From NCBI GenBank assembly GCA_013265495.1, contig MU057887.1, positions 1,747,985 to 1,811,984 of the forward strand: a DNA stretch of 64,000 nucleotides, given 5' to 3'. The notes beneath the pieces are model-generated. The model saw only the letters and a list, made by a program, of their open reading frames with translations, had not been told where the DNA came from and did no database searches. Within the stretch, counting starts at the first letter, position 1, and each line of letters opens with the position of its first letter. Shown here piece after piece: positions 11,216-23,400 of this stretch. Made by a program: the position numbers and the translations under genes. The DNA is from Vicugna vicugna. Lineage: Eukaryota.

Positions 11216-12552
11216 CCGTGGTGAGACCCTCGGCTCTGTGTCCCAGGACTGCTGTACGCTCCTGAGACGTGTCCGGGATCAAAGAGCTCTTAGGTCGGCT
11301 AGTTCTACAAGTGTTTACCATTTAGAACTCAGGTAACTTAAAGAATGTTTAGTTATTTGCTGTAAAATAATGATAAACCCATTGCATACTATTACAAGTA
11401 ACATATTTTTATGATAAATGGATATTGTCCAAAACAAAAATGTTTAGTAGGAAGAAAGGCATGATTTTCCTTTTTTGCAAAACCCTTAATGTCTCCCCTG
11501 AGAGGAGACAGGAATTCTCATAAGCGCTTCTACATTCAACCTGCTGTAGTGCTGTGTGTCTGGCTGGAGTATGTGAAGCAGATCCAGCCTCACGCAGGCG
11601 TGCAGTCAGAAAAGGAGGAGTGTTTTCGCAGCCCTTTCAGATGCTTTAATACCGGGCCACAGCCTAATAGGAGTTTCTTGAAGGTTAGTTACAGTGTGAA
11701 CCTAAAGCCGTGTCGGTGAGCATTTTGTGCTCGGTCACAGTAAAATCCGTTGGCCTGTCTTGCACTTTGAATGGATCTTTTGCAAACACGTGGCTCTGTA
11801 ACATCAGACACGGGTCATTTGGAAAATATTGGACGGCCGAGGTGTGCAGATCTAAGCACTGACACGCTCCGTAATACAGTGTCCAAAAAATCACACTTGT
11901 TAGCACTACCACCATCTCATAAGGAGCTGTCAAGCCCAGAGTGGCAGATTGAGTTCTCCAAAATTCAGAATTTTGGCTTAAAGTCTCAAATGTGATCGTT
12001 GGCAGCATGTAACACTTGTTGAAGTGACAGGTGAACTTTGTTCAAGTTTGAATAACCAGTTTGTTAGTCATTCTTTCAGGTACAAATCATGTTTCTTGAA
12101 GTGTGTCCGGTTCCACTCTCAGCTCAAAAAATTGCACCAACTGCTTTTCTGGAAGAAATCAGCCATTTTGGGTACAGGTCTCTGGATTTGTGTGTGTTTT
12201 TCTCATTTTCCCATGTGACATAGAAAAGATATTTATCAAGAGTGGAGATTTAATGCAGTGCTAATCATAAGACTAGAAACTTTTCCTTCGTCACCCGGGA
12301 CATCCTTAAGTGAAACAGCTTTTTTTTGAACCGTGAGTGTGCAGCACTGCGTACAGTGGTGGCGCTGCCTCGGTCCACGCCACCTGCTGGCGGTTTAGTC
12401 TCTCCACTTAACGCAGCATCACAGCAAAGGCTGACCCAGCGACAAAGGGAGATGATATCTCAGCGCCCTTGTGAACGTGGTTTTGACCGCACAGGCCGCT
12501 TGGAAGTGTCCCAGGGAGCCCAGCGGGGGGCCGAGCGCCCTGGGAGCCACTG
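11216..12552 (-). mobile_element. hAT-Charlie DNA transposon relic (Charlie1a-like), near full length
   Basis: Terminal-like sequence ...ctgggagccactg ends at 12552. The minus-strand ORF 11685-12008 retains the transposase-like AKDPFKVQDRPTDFTVTEH. The internal ttttttgcaaaacccttaatgtct segment matches Charlie1. Confidence 0.8.
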
Positions 12553-13119
12553 CCCCGCAGGAGGGATGCTCTCACGGAAAGGTCTCCGGAGGAGCTCACG
12601 GCAGAAGCAGCACAAGGCAGAGAGAGCGCCTCGCGTGGACGCCTGCCGGCCCCGGCCTGGGGAGCCGCAGCAGGACTCGGGATCCTGGAACAGTTAGTCT
12701 TTCTGCCGTTCCTGCTCCTCGCTTCCCGGGCGTCCTGAGTTGACAGCATGTCCAGGGGCTGAGCGAGGGGTGAGGAGGGGACCCCGTGTGGCCTTTCCTG
12801 TCTAGCTGGCAGAGTAGAAACCACACTTCGGTTTCATGACAAGGCCGGTTCTTGCTATGCTGTGAGATTTGATTTTTAAAAACAATTCGCTGGGCCATCA
12901 TTTCTTCCAGTGGTTTCTCAGATTGTCTTTCTAATGCTTCCTCTGGGGACGATTTTTGGTTCGGTCATAGAAGGCCACCTGAGCCAGTCCCAGCTAGTGG
13001 ACTGTGTCTTTACAAAGGACCTCTTAGGGCAGGACGTGGGCGGTGGGGCCCAGGAAGAGGAGTGTTCCCATGTGCTTCCGGCGGGAGGGCCCGAATGGTG
13101 GCCCTGCCTGCCCTCCCTG

Positions 13120-13626
13120 TGTTACAGACTCGTTCTGCTCGCCGCATGACAGGCCAGCAAATCGGGAGCTGAGGTGTTGGGGCCAGGAATAACAAGTTTA
13201 TTCAGAAAGTTGGCAGACTTAGATGGGGGACTAATGCCCTGGAGAACCATCTTCCCCAAGTCAGAATTCAGGCTCCTTTTATACTAGAAAGGGGAGGAGT
13301 GTGGCTGGCTGTTGCAGACATCTTAGTGTCGGAATCCTTTGTTCTTGCAGCCGTCCACGTGGGTCAGGTCAGGATGTCCCTGTAAACCTCCAACAAGACG
13401 AATGTTATTCCCTGTCCTGCACCTTTTGCTTTTTATATGAATGGAAAGCGCTACACCCTTAAAGGTCAGAGCCCTGGGAACCGGCCCTCCTGTGGGTCTC
13501 AGGCTCCAGGCGGCATTCTCTCACAGGAGGAGCAGAACCAGCCCGACTGGGCCCGGGACCCAGAGCCCAGGGCAGAGCCAAAGGGGCAGGTCCAGCGTGG
13601 AGTCAGGCTTGTTCTCCCCTGCGACG
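13120..13626 (-). mobile_element. Solo ERV1-class LTR, antisense to the gene
   Basis: Begins tgttac at 13120. On the minus strand there is TATAAAA (13277-13283) and AATAAA (13197-13202) about 75 nt downstream. Flanks cctg/ccgg are a possible 4-bp TSD with one mismatch. Subfamily not assigned. Confidence 0.7.
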
Positions 13627-14929
13627 CCGGGGCAGGGCCGCGTCCGGTGCCGAGCGCCAGGCCAGGTGGGTGGGCCCTTCCTGGGCTTCTCGGGGGTCAT
13701 TCCTGGGGTTTCGCCAGTCTCCTTGCTTCGCTGACAGCATGACGCCCGGGTTGTCGGGGACTCTCGCCTGAATTACGGCCCCTCCCTGCCTGCCCTAAAG
13801 CCACACCATTACTCTTAGATTCATTACTTAGCAGGACAGCCTCTTCCAGCAGAAGGGAACGGTCGCCTTTTATAATTAGTCATTTACATTTCCTTTCCTT
13901 GGGGAAGAATTACTCAATTCTAAGAACTGGCTGGTGGTGTGGAAGTGATGGGAACGTTGGGGAAAGTGACTATATTGTCTTGGAATTCATCAGAGAAAGA
14001 GCCAGCACTGTGGCGGTGTAGTGACTCCGGCAGAGAAAGGCCGGGAACGACCAGACCTGTGCCTGGGGACCGGAGGGGCCGGAGGGGCTGGAGGTGGCTG
14101 AGGAGGGGCCGTCCCTCAAATACGGCTGCTGTGACTGAGCCAGCGGCGATGGTGCAGTGAAAGGAAAGGGACACGCGTCACAGGATGCCCGAGCCCGCAC
14201 AGAGCCCTCGGAACAGCTGACGCTCAGGGGCGGCCCAGGAGCCTCGGAAGGTGCTTATTCGGCCAGAGTCTGGGGCCCTGTTACCTTCCCCCTGGGATCC
14301 AAGAAGAGACAACAGAGGGGTCTGTTGCTCAGGTCGGGACAGAGAGGATGCTCACCTGGCCCAGCCTGGCTTCTGCCGTTCACATCAGGAGCCTCTGCCT
14401 GGAAGGGCAGTGGAGGATGGAGAGCGGGCCTTGTGCCCGGCTCCAGGGTGGAGCGTGGATGGACAGAGCATCGGGTCCGTGTGACTTTCTCCTGCTTCGA
14501 ACCCAGGAGAGTCATGCTCAGTGTGGAAGCATCTCTGGAGATGTGTGTGGTGTCAGTTTTAGTCAATAAGATGGAGGATTCTTGGCACCATGTTAGAAAG
14601 GTTTATTAAATAGACCAGCACGTGTGGGTTCCTTGGCCACAGCAGAAGATTCATTAACAATGAGTTATTGCGTGCCAATTTAAAAATGAAAATTAAAAAA
14701 AATTCAGTTTACAATAAGCATTGAAAATGGTGAAACCCCCATTGTTGCCTGAAAGAGCAGGTCATTCCTTTTAATTACCACACAGTGCTCCGTCGTGTGG
14801 GTCTGTCCCAGGTCGGGTAGACGTCCGCCACTGGCGGAAGCCAGGCCCCGGCTCGGCTGTGTGACTCAGGTTACCGTGAACGTCCGCGCACACGTCCTCG
14901 TGCTGACGCGGGTCCCAGTTCCCTGTGCA

Positions 14930-16161
14930 ACTCCCGGGGGTGGACCTGCCGGGTCATGTCATGGAGGGTATTTAGTTTTCATGAAAAACATCCAGATCTT
15001 TTCCCCAGATTGGGTCCACGATTTCACAAACCCCTCAGCAGTGTGCGTGAGGTCCGGCCGCCCCACGTCCTCACCAGCGTTGCCTTCCCTGCCTTTCTTT
15101 ATGCAGGATAGTCCTGTGCACGCATGTGTGTGCTTGTATGTGCGTGTGTGAGTGTTCAAGTGTGTGTGTGCGTGCCTGTGTGTGTGTGTGTGTACGTGTG
15201 TAGAGAAAGGGAGGAAGAATATGGTAATATTTTTCCCCGTTTATGGCTTGTCAGTTCAGTTTTTAACAGTGTTTTCTGATGAGCAGACAATTTTGATTTC
15301 GATGAAATCTCACTGATTTTTTCTGGCAGTGGTTTTCTGTGTCCTCACTAAAAAGCCTTCGCCTACCCCCAGCAGGCAGGGTGGTCTCCTGTGTTTTTCT
15401 TGTAGATGCTTTGTAATAGTAGTTTTTACTTTCAGATCTGTCTTCTAGCTTGACTTAATTTTCCTGCGTGGTGTGAGGAAGGCATCCTGGTTCATCTTTT
15501 AAATTGAGATTTCTTGGTTAACACAGCACCACTTGCTGAAAAGAGTCTTGTTTTGTTTCCGCAATAGATTACATTGGCACCTTTTCTGAAAATCAGATGC
15601 TCGTGTTAACGTGTGTCTATTTCTGGACACTCTGTTATGTTCCATTAATCTGTTAATGGATTGCTACGCCAGCATGTACTGTCTTAATTACTGTAGCTTT
15701 TCTTGGGGTTGGGTAAAGTCAGTCCTCCAGGTATGTTCTTTTTTAAAAAATTTTTTTCTAGAGTATTTTTGGTCCTTTGCTTTTTTATGTAAAGTTATCG
15801 CTAACCATTTCCTGCCAAACAGGCCTTAGAAAAAGCCTCAGGAGCTGGTATTTTGAATGAAATTGTACTGAATCTAATTGTCAGTTTTCCCAGGATTAAC
15901 AGTATTAATAACATTGACTTTTTTCTAATCCATAATCATCATATATTTTAAAATTTATTTAAATTTTCTTTACCTTATTCTCATAAACATTTTGTACTTT
16001 TCAGCGTATGGGTTTTACTCATCTTTTGTTAGATTTGTTTCTAGCTAGTTTGGTGCGGGTTTTTTTTTTTTTTGATGCTACCTTAAATGGTATCGCTTTG
16101 TTTGTAAATTTTGCTTTTCGATTTTTACTGATGATTTCTACAAATATAGTTGATTTTTGTA
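14930..16161 (-). mobile_element. Old L1 (L1M/L1ME-type) ORF2 relic, part 1, containing a (TG)n tract
   Basis: T-rich antisense L1 ORF2 motifs such as cagcaccacttgctgaaaagag, gattacattggcaccttt and aattgtactgaatcta. It resumes in register after the MaLR insertion. Confidence 0.7.
15125..15200. repeat. Imperfect (TG)n microsatellite
   Basis: tgtgtgtgcttgtatgtgcgtgtgtgag...tgtgtgtgtgtgtacgtgtgt. Confidence 0.85.
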
Positions 16162-16756
16162 AGCTGGCAGTTTTCCTGTTGTTGCATAACAAAACTACTC
16201 CAAAATTTCCTGACTTAAAGCCACTGTTTTATTCTCGCAGATTCTGTGGGTCAGGATGTCAGTCAGGGCATGCCATGAGTGGCTGGCTGTGCACCACAGG
16301 GCCTGGCGCCTCGGGTCGGGAGGCTTGAGGGCTGGCACAGGCTAATAGCTGGGGGCTGGAATCATCTGATGGCTCCCTCTTTTAAGTGTCTGGTGCCTGG
16401 GCTTGATGGCCCTAAGACTGAGGCTGTAGATTGAGCTGCCCACACATGGCCTCTCCACATGGCTCTTCATCCTCATGGCATGGTGGCCTTAGAAAGTCAG
16501 ACTTCTGGTGTAATGGTTCATGGCTCCCAGTCAGACTTCCAGAAAGCAAGGTATAAGTTGCATTTTTCATGACTGAGACTCAGAAGTCGCATAAGGTTCC
16601 ACTCTTCTCTTGTGGTTGAAGCAGTCACAAGCTGGCCCATATTCAAAGAGGTTAGGCTCCATCTGTTGATGCAGACGTGGCCTATTCACATCATAAAAGA
16701 ACACATGGGATAAGAGATACAGTTATAGCCACTTTTGGAAAATGCAGTGTGCCACA
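16162..16756 (-). mobile_element. ERVL-MaLR LTR (MLT1F/G/H-like) inserted into the old L1
   Basis: ttttcctgttgttgcataacaaaactactccaaaa...ctgggggctggaatcatctga...ggcctctccacatggct...gtgtgccaca matches the MLT1 layout. Confidence 0.75.
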
Positions 16757-18770
16757 CACCTTGTTTCCGGTGATGTTGCTAAATTTCCTTGTTAGTTCTA
16801 GGAGCTTTTGGGTAGATGCCTTAGGATCTTCTATATGCACAATCATGTCACCTGCAAATAAACACTTACTTCTGTCTGTATAATGTGTGTGGCTTTTATT
16901 TCCTTTTCTTGCCTTATTGCATTGTCAAGAAACTCAAGTACAATTTTGAATGGAAGTGATAAGAGCAGACATTTTTACCTCCTTCCAGTTGTTGGTGGGG
17001 AAGGTAGAACATTCAGGCTCTCACCATTAAGTTTGATGTTAGCGGTTGGCTTCTTGTAGGTGCCCTTTCTTAGGAAGGTTGTTGATGGTCCAGATTCCAC
17101 AAGGAGTTTATATTTTTAATAATCATTCTGGTTTATTTTGATTGATCTTTATCTTTTTATATTTGAAGAATACCAGTATATAATGGATGAAGAGGTTAAG
17201 GATAGAATTTGTAAGACCTGGTAGAAGAGCAGGAAGACAAATCATAGTTTGCTGAGACTTCTAAAAAATTATGAATCAGTATTTTGTTGAGTGCTTTTTT
17301 TTCTGTTGAGATAGGTGGTCGTATGACTTTTCTTACTCTGTTTTTCTAGCAAAGGACATTGATTAATTTTAATGTTAAGCCAACTTGCATTCCTGAGGTA
17401 AACTCTACTTTGTCGTGAGACATTAGCCTTTTTATGTATTTCTGGGTTCTCTTTGGTAATATATTTTAAGATTTTTACATCTCTGTTCACGAGGAATACA
17501 AGTGACTTGTGAACAACGTATGTTTGAACTGTGCAGGTCCACTTCTACACACTTTTTTTTTCAATAAATATGTACAGTACCGCATGATCCAGGGTTGGTG
17601 GAATCCGCAGATGCAGAGCTGCAGATACAGAGGGACTTGAGCATCCATGGATTTTGGTACCCATAGGGGCTCCTGGAAGCAGTCCCCTGTGTTTCCTAAG
17701 GGGTGACAGTGCTGTCTTCCATTTTCTTTTCTTCTGCTGTCTTTTTCTGTTTTGGCATTAGGGAATTGAGGATTTCATAAAATGCTGTCATGATTTCTGG
17801 AAGAGTTTGTGCAAGATTGGTATTAATTATTTCTTCTTTAAATATTTGATAGAATTCAACAGTGAGGCCATATTGGCCTAGAACTTCCTTTGTGGGAAAG
17901 TTTTACCTATAAATTCATTCTCTGCTCTGGGTGGGGCTCCAGATTTTCTATTTCTTCTTTGTTAGTTTTGATAATTCGTATATTTTAAAGACCTTGGTCA
18001 TTTTAAACGGTTGTCCAATTTATTGACATGCCTTTATTTACAGTATTCCCTAATTCTTTTAATGTCTGTAGGAACTAAAGTGATGTCTTTGATTCCTAAT
18101 ATTGGTGATCAAACTAACTGATAGGCGACCTGCCACGTGGTCTCTCTTGGTGAATGTTTCATGCGTTCTTAAAAAGAACATGTGTCCTGCTTTGTTGGGT
18201 GAAGTTTCTGTCAGTGTCAGGTCAGGCATGTGGGTGGGTGGTGTGACTCCTGCCTTCTCTGCCCTCACGTGAGTGTCCGTCTGCTTTTTCGATCCATTAC
18301 TCGGTACGGACTTGTGCAGTGTCTAACCACAGTGGTCGATTTGTCTCGTCTTTGTTGTGCTAGGTTTGCTTCATGCTATTTGAATCTTGGTTATTGGAGA
18401 CACACACGTGTAGGATGGTTACATTTTCCTGGTGAGTCTGTAAGTTTGCTGTCGTGAGAGGCTCCTCTCTTCCTGGTTGTGTCCCTGTCCTGGATCCCAG
18501 TTGACCGGATCGCGGCACAGCCCTCCCAGCTTCCTTCTGACGGGCGTTTCCTTGGTGCATCTTTTCCAGCCCCTTCTTTCCGCCTGTCTGTATCTCCCTA
18601 GGGTGCGTTTCTTGTCTAGGTTGCAGTTTGCTCTCCTGTCTTTTCCACGTGTGTTTAGTTATATGCACGCATATAGTTACTTATGTGGCTGGGTTTTAGG
18701 CTCCCATTTTGCTGTTTATTTTCTATTCATTTCACCTCATTTCCTCCCTTCTTATGGATGCATGGAGTGC
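16757..18770 (-). mobile_element. Old L1 ORF2 relic, part 2
   Basis: gctaaatttccttgttagttctagg, caatcatgtcacctgcaaata, tgaatggaagtgataagagcagacatttt and attattggagacacacacgtgtaggatg are antisense L1 ORF2 motifs. Confidence 0.75.
17499..17711. mobile_element. TcMar-Tigger MITE (Tigger2a/MER8-like) nested in the L1
   Basis: A TA precedes caagtgacttgtgaacaacgtatgtttgaactgtgcaggtccactt. The right end ggattttggtaccc...tcctggaagcagtcccc...ggggtgacagtg resembles Tigger2 termini. Confidence 0.7.
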
Positions 18771-18774
18771 TTTT

Positions 18775-19225
18775 AAAATTAATGGACTGTTTTTTAGAGC
18801 AGTTTTAAATTTACCAAAATATCGAGCAGAAAGGACAGAGAGTTTAGTATACTCCGTCACCACCTCCTCTCACGCACGCAGTCTCTCCTCCTCACATCTG
18901 GCGCGCGTGTCTTGCACCTGTTACTCTGATGAGCCGGTACTGCCGTGTCATTATCAACTAGAGTCCACAGTGGACATTCGGGTCCCTCCCCGGGCTGTGT
19001 GCTCTGTGGTTTAGAGAAACACATGGTGACAGGTGCCCAGACGACAGAGGAGCGCCCTGTCATTTTACTGCCTGAAGAGTCCCGGCCTCCACCTGTTCAC
19101 CCTCCGCCTCCCTGACCCCGACAGCCGCCGGCCTTCTGACTATTCCCGTGCCTCTCCCAGAACGCTGCTTCCTTGCGGCCACGCAGCGCATCGTCTTTTC
19201 AGACTGGCTCCTTTCACTCAGGGAG
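18775..19225 (-). mobile_element. L1MC-type 3' end fragment
   Basis: ttttagagcagttttaaattta...gagcagaaaggacagagag, cattatcaactagagtccacag and cttttcagactggctcctttcact match the L1MC 3' UTR. Confidence 0.75.
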
Positions 19226-19574
19226 TCCTTTTACTTACTGTTATTCCTGTGTGTCTTCGCCCTGGCCTGTTGGCCATCCCTCCTGTCCCAGCCTCTTTTC
19301 AGTTAGTGGTGACTCTGCTCCTCCCAGCGCGAGCCTGCGGTTTACTAGAGGCCCCTTCAAGCGCTGTCACACCCCTCGTGCTGTTGGCTGGCACGTGTCT
19401 GAGAACGGGCGTTCAGCACTTCCCCCTTTCCGAGTGGCTGGCGGGAGGCGCTGGCTGCCCTGCTGGGGCGGCGGGAGACTTGGGTCTTCCCCGCCGTCCC
19501 GGGACCGAGATCGCCGCAGAAGCTGTGGGCCGGGCGGGTCGGGGCGGGGGCTCACCCTGTGTGGGCGCCGTCCA

Positions 19575-19740
19575 GGCACTCGCTTCACACCCCCGGCGCC
19601 TCATGAAGGAGCCGCTCCTCTCTCCATTTCACAGACAAGGAGGCAAGTCAGAGGAACGAGGCCAGCAGGCGGCAAAGGAGTTGGCTTGACACCCTCTTAC
19701 AAGGCTCTCCCACCTGCGAGGCGGGCTCGGAGCTCTGCCG
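19575..19740 (-). mobile_element. Degenerate MIR core
   Basis: ctccatttcacagacaaggaggcaagtcagagg resembles the antisense MIR core CCCATTTTACAGATGAGGAAACTGAGG. Confidence 0.4.
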
Positions 19741-19999
19741 TGTCCTTGTCCTTCTCCCCTCATCCAGAGACCTCATTTGGACATGGAGGGCTCCTCGGCT
19801 CGGAGGGCCAGCTGATGTGACAGATGACATCAAGACCCAGAATGAGCTCCGCTGCCTGCATGCCAGCCGGGAGCCCGTCGCACGAGCCAGCCCGCAGGAG
19901 TAACAGAATCCCTCATTCAGGTGCAGGCCCAGCAGCCTGGGCGTTGAGCGCGGCCTGGCCAGGCTGCGCTGACTGCCTCTCTGACGGAACGCCGCCATC

Positions 20000-20440
20000 G
20001 TTCCTTTGCCCGGCCTCTGGCTTTGGTCTCGTAGCTGACACCTTGCATCCTCTCTGGTCCCTTCTGTGACGCTGCCCTCACAGCCAGAGTCGCCTTTTCC
20101 AAATGCAGATCTCATAACCCTGGTGGCTCCCCCTTTTGCTGCCATTGGCTTCATCTCGTAGCTTTGCTGGGGTCTTAACTTTGTGCCCCACGTGGCCGTC
20201 CAGCCTTGAAATGGCCTTCTCCCGTCAAGCCCAGCTTCCTCGTCACCCCTCTGTCTGCAGCAGCCTTCACTCCATCCCTGGAGCGCGCCCAGACTCCCCT
20301 CTTTCTGCTTCTCGGCCTGGGCCTTGGAGCGGTCCTCGGGTCAGGCCCCGTCACGTGCTGTGATGCGAGGGCTCCCCTGGGCAGAGGGGCCTCACATGCG
20401 TTTGCCTGGCCTGTGTGATGGACATTTGCTTAGTGACCGG
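20000..20440 (+). mobile_element. Degenerate L2 3' fragment
   Basis: ccagagtcgccttttccaaatgcagatctc resembles L2 ccagagtgatcttttcaaaatgcaaatctga. The downstream gctcccctgggcagagg is L2-end-like. Confidence 0.4.
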
Positions 20441-23400
20441 ACTGTCATCTCTGGACAGAAGGCCCGGGTTTGTTTTCCTGCCCATCAGTCTTGGGGATCA
20501 GGACCACCCCCGGTTCCAGGACTCAGCACGTAGCTGTCCTCGTGGCCATGGTTCATTCCAGTGCAAGACATGCAGCAGAGCCAGCCCCTGGGAAAGGCCC
20601 GGAGGAAGCCAGGCGCGGGCTTCCCGGATTCCTGTCCCGGTGGAGTCGCGTGGGAGACCCTCAGCTCCCCCAGCGGCCAGCGTCGCTGTCTGTCAGGAGC
20701 GCACTGAGCCTCCGTGTCTGGGGTCTGTGCTGAGTGCTGTTCCCATGGCACCTTCGCCCGGCCCATAGCAGAACCCCAGGCTCCCAGCTGAAAGCAGGGG
20801 CTCAGCATAACCCGCAGTGCTCCGCTGAGGCCAGCGAGGCATTCTTGCCAGTTAGAGGTGGGAACCCCCCAAAATCCTGCCGGCTGAGGGAGGGCCGCCC
20901 TTGCAGACGGGTCTGTCTCAGGACGGTGGTCTCGGGCCTGCCTTTCTGCGCCGTCTCTGCCCGGACTCGGGGTCTGGGCTGCACGTAGGAGGCACCAGTC
21001 TGTGCTCCCGGAGCAGACGGCAGATCTCACTGACCGGGGCGGTCCCGCCTCCATGGATCGATGTGTTAGTTGCACTAATTGGATTATCGGGGTGCCTGGA
21101 GTGAGGCCTTAGATTGCTGATCAGTTCCAGACACAGGCCCGGAGGGCAAGGAAGGCACGTGTGGTTTCAGCACAGGAAACACACTTCCCCGAGTGAGACT
21201 GGCCGGGAAGGGCACCTCTGGCTCGGGGGTGGGGCCCTCGTCGGAGGTGTGAGGGGTTCTCAGCTCTCCTGGGCTGGGCGTCTCCGTGGCGGGAGCTGTG
21301 GGCCCTGCCGGCTGAGCCGACGTGAGTGCCCTCCTGGCTCTTCCCTGAAATGCTCCTTCAGAAGGTTTTACTCTGCTTTCCTCCTGAGGAGCACAGAGTG
21401 TGCTGCACCGTGGCTGGAGCGTGAGGCTGGAGCAGCGGCGGGGAGAGGCAGGCCCAGCGTGTGTGCTTTGATTTTTTTTTTCCTGCCAACACAGACTCTG
21501 CCTTCTGTGAAACACTTCCCGAAAGGCCTTTGTCTGCTCAGACCGTCCCTGCTTCCCTCTGGCCCACAGATTTGGTAGATTCTGTTGTCTTTTTTTTAAG
21601 ACACAAGCTCAAATCTCAGTTTGAAAGGATATGGATGTTTACTTTTCATTGAGTATTGTTAATATTATTGTGATTCATATTTCTATAAATACGCAGCATT
21701 TCCCCTTAGTCCCTGCGTTGCCTGCCCACTGTGTATTAATTCGGGAGACGTTTTCTGCGCGTGTTTGGACGGAATGCTGAGGTGGTGTCCCCGCCGTAAG
21801 TGGGCAGAACCCGCCATCCGATGGGGGTGCTGGTGGAGCCTTCCTGGGCAGCTGGCATGCAGGAGGCCTGAGTGCCCATGGCCTCTCCAGAGAGGCTGTC
21901 GCTGGGGCCACAGGACATTATTTTCCCTTCACACCTTCCCACTCTGCCTCTGGCTCTGGGATGTCTGGGGTGTGCTGGTCAGAGGCTTCCTGGCCGCCGA
22001 GCAGGGCTGTCCTCAGCCTGGACTCCTCAGCTGACCACGCTGGGCCCAGTCTGAAGGCTGGTCATCCCCGCCCCCTGCCTAAATCCAGATACTGACGCCA
22101 TACCTGTCAGTCTTTTCAAGTCCTTTCAAAATACAGATTTTTTTTTAAGGCTTTCAGGTGTCATTCTTTTCTTATCACTTGGATTTTCAAGAAAACTCAC
22201 CTTCTCTACCTGGGTTTTGAACAAATTGAGAAATAAAACAAAATAGTGGCAGATGGAGACCAAAGAATAACTTTTATTTCTTCTAAATGAGAAGCTTGAA
22301 ATCCTGTCTTAGTGTGAGAGCCAGATAAACTGGCCGACTGCATCCTGGGATCATTCAGGCTGACCCGCCCTGTCGGAGCCAGCGCTGGGCACGGGCCGGC
22401 CACCTCACGGGCAGCAGAGCTGTGCCGGGAATCCATCCTCTCTTCCCGGGGGTGCAGTCTTCCCCGGGCGGGGAGAGCATCCTTCCTGGGGAGTCAGCCG
22501 ATTCTGAGAGGTGGGAGGAGGGTGAACCTCCTGGCTGTTTATTCTCTCCAGCTTAGCAGCTGATGAGTTGCTTTCTCGGGGTGAGTATTTCTGGGGCTGG
22601 AGAAAGTGCAGCAGAGGCATCAGCCCAGTTCCCTCCACTTGGAAGCAGACTCCGGATTTGGGGGGTGTCACCTCCAATGCCTTCGGCTGGCTGGCTGCGT
22701 ATCCATTGTGTCCCTGCTCAGTCAGGCGCCTTGCCTCCCCTTGGAGGGCACCGTCCATCGGGACAGGCCGGCCCCCAGTGAAACGCCCTGCTCCTTGGAG
22801 TATTCTCCTGGGCCTGTGGGGGAGGGGTCAGAGATGGTCATGATGGTTGTGAAGTTTGTGAGAATCAAACAGTAATTAAATAACCTGCAGGCCTGTACCC
22901 CAGGCTGCAGGACCACTCCCTCGCTGATTTCTCATCTTTGACTGGGTCCAGCTCTGCTGCTCACCCTGGCTCGTCAGAAGCTCTGCTGTTAGGTGCACTG
23001 ACAGGGAGCAAGCTTCCAGCTTCACAGCGTGCCCCAAATTCAAGTATGAATCTCCTGTTGCCCAGTTTCCCCAGAGACGTTAAGTCTTAAAGACTAACCC
23101 TTGCAAGTTCAGGTCCAAAACTGAAATTTGTTTTGCCCATTCAAGTTTGAGCTCACAATTTGTCCTTGAGCTGTTGTTCTGTCTTACCTAGAGGGGCATC
23201 CAGGGTCTCCCTGGGTCGTGCCCAGGGCTTTCAGGCCCAGAGAAGTCCTTTTTCTCAAGTGCCAATCCATGACAGTCCTCCTTTGTCAAGAGCTCAAAGT
23301 TCCACGAAACCACATGCTTCTCACCCGGTCTAGAGAACACGTGCGGCCAGGCCCTGGGGGAGCACCTGCTGAGTGAAGGTGGCTGCGCGGAGCTGTCCGT

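Noticed and set aside
11685-12008. Domesticated transposase gene
   Set aside because: Only a short transposase-like patch within a decayed Charlie element, with no continuous frame or splice support.
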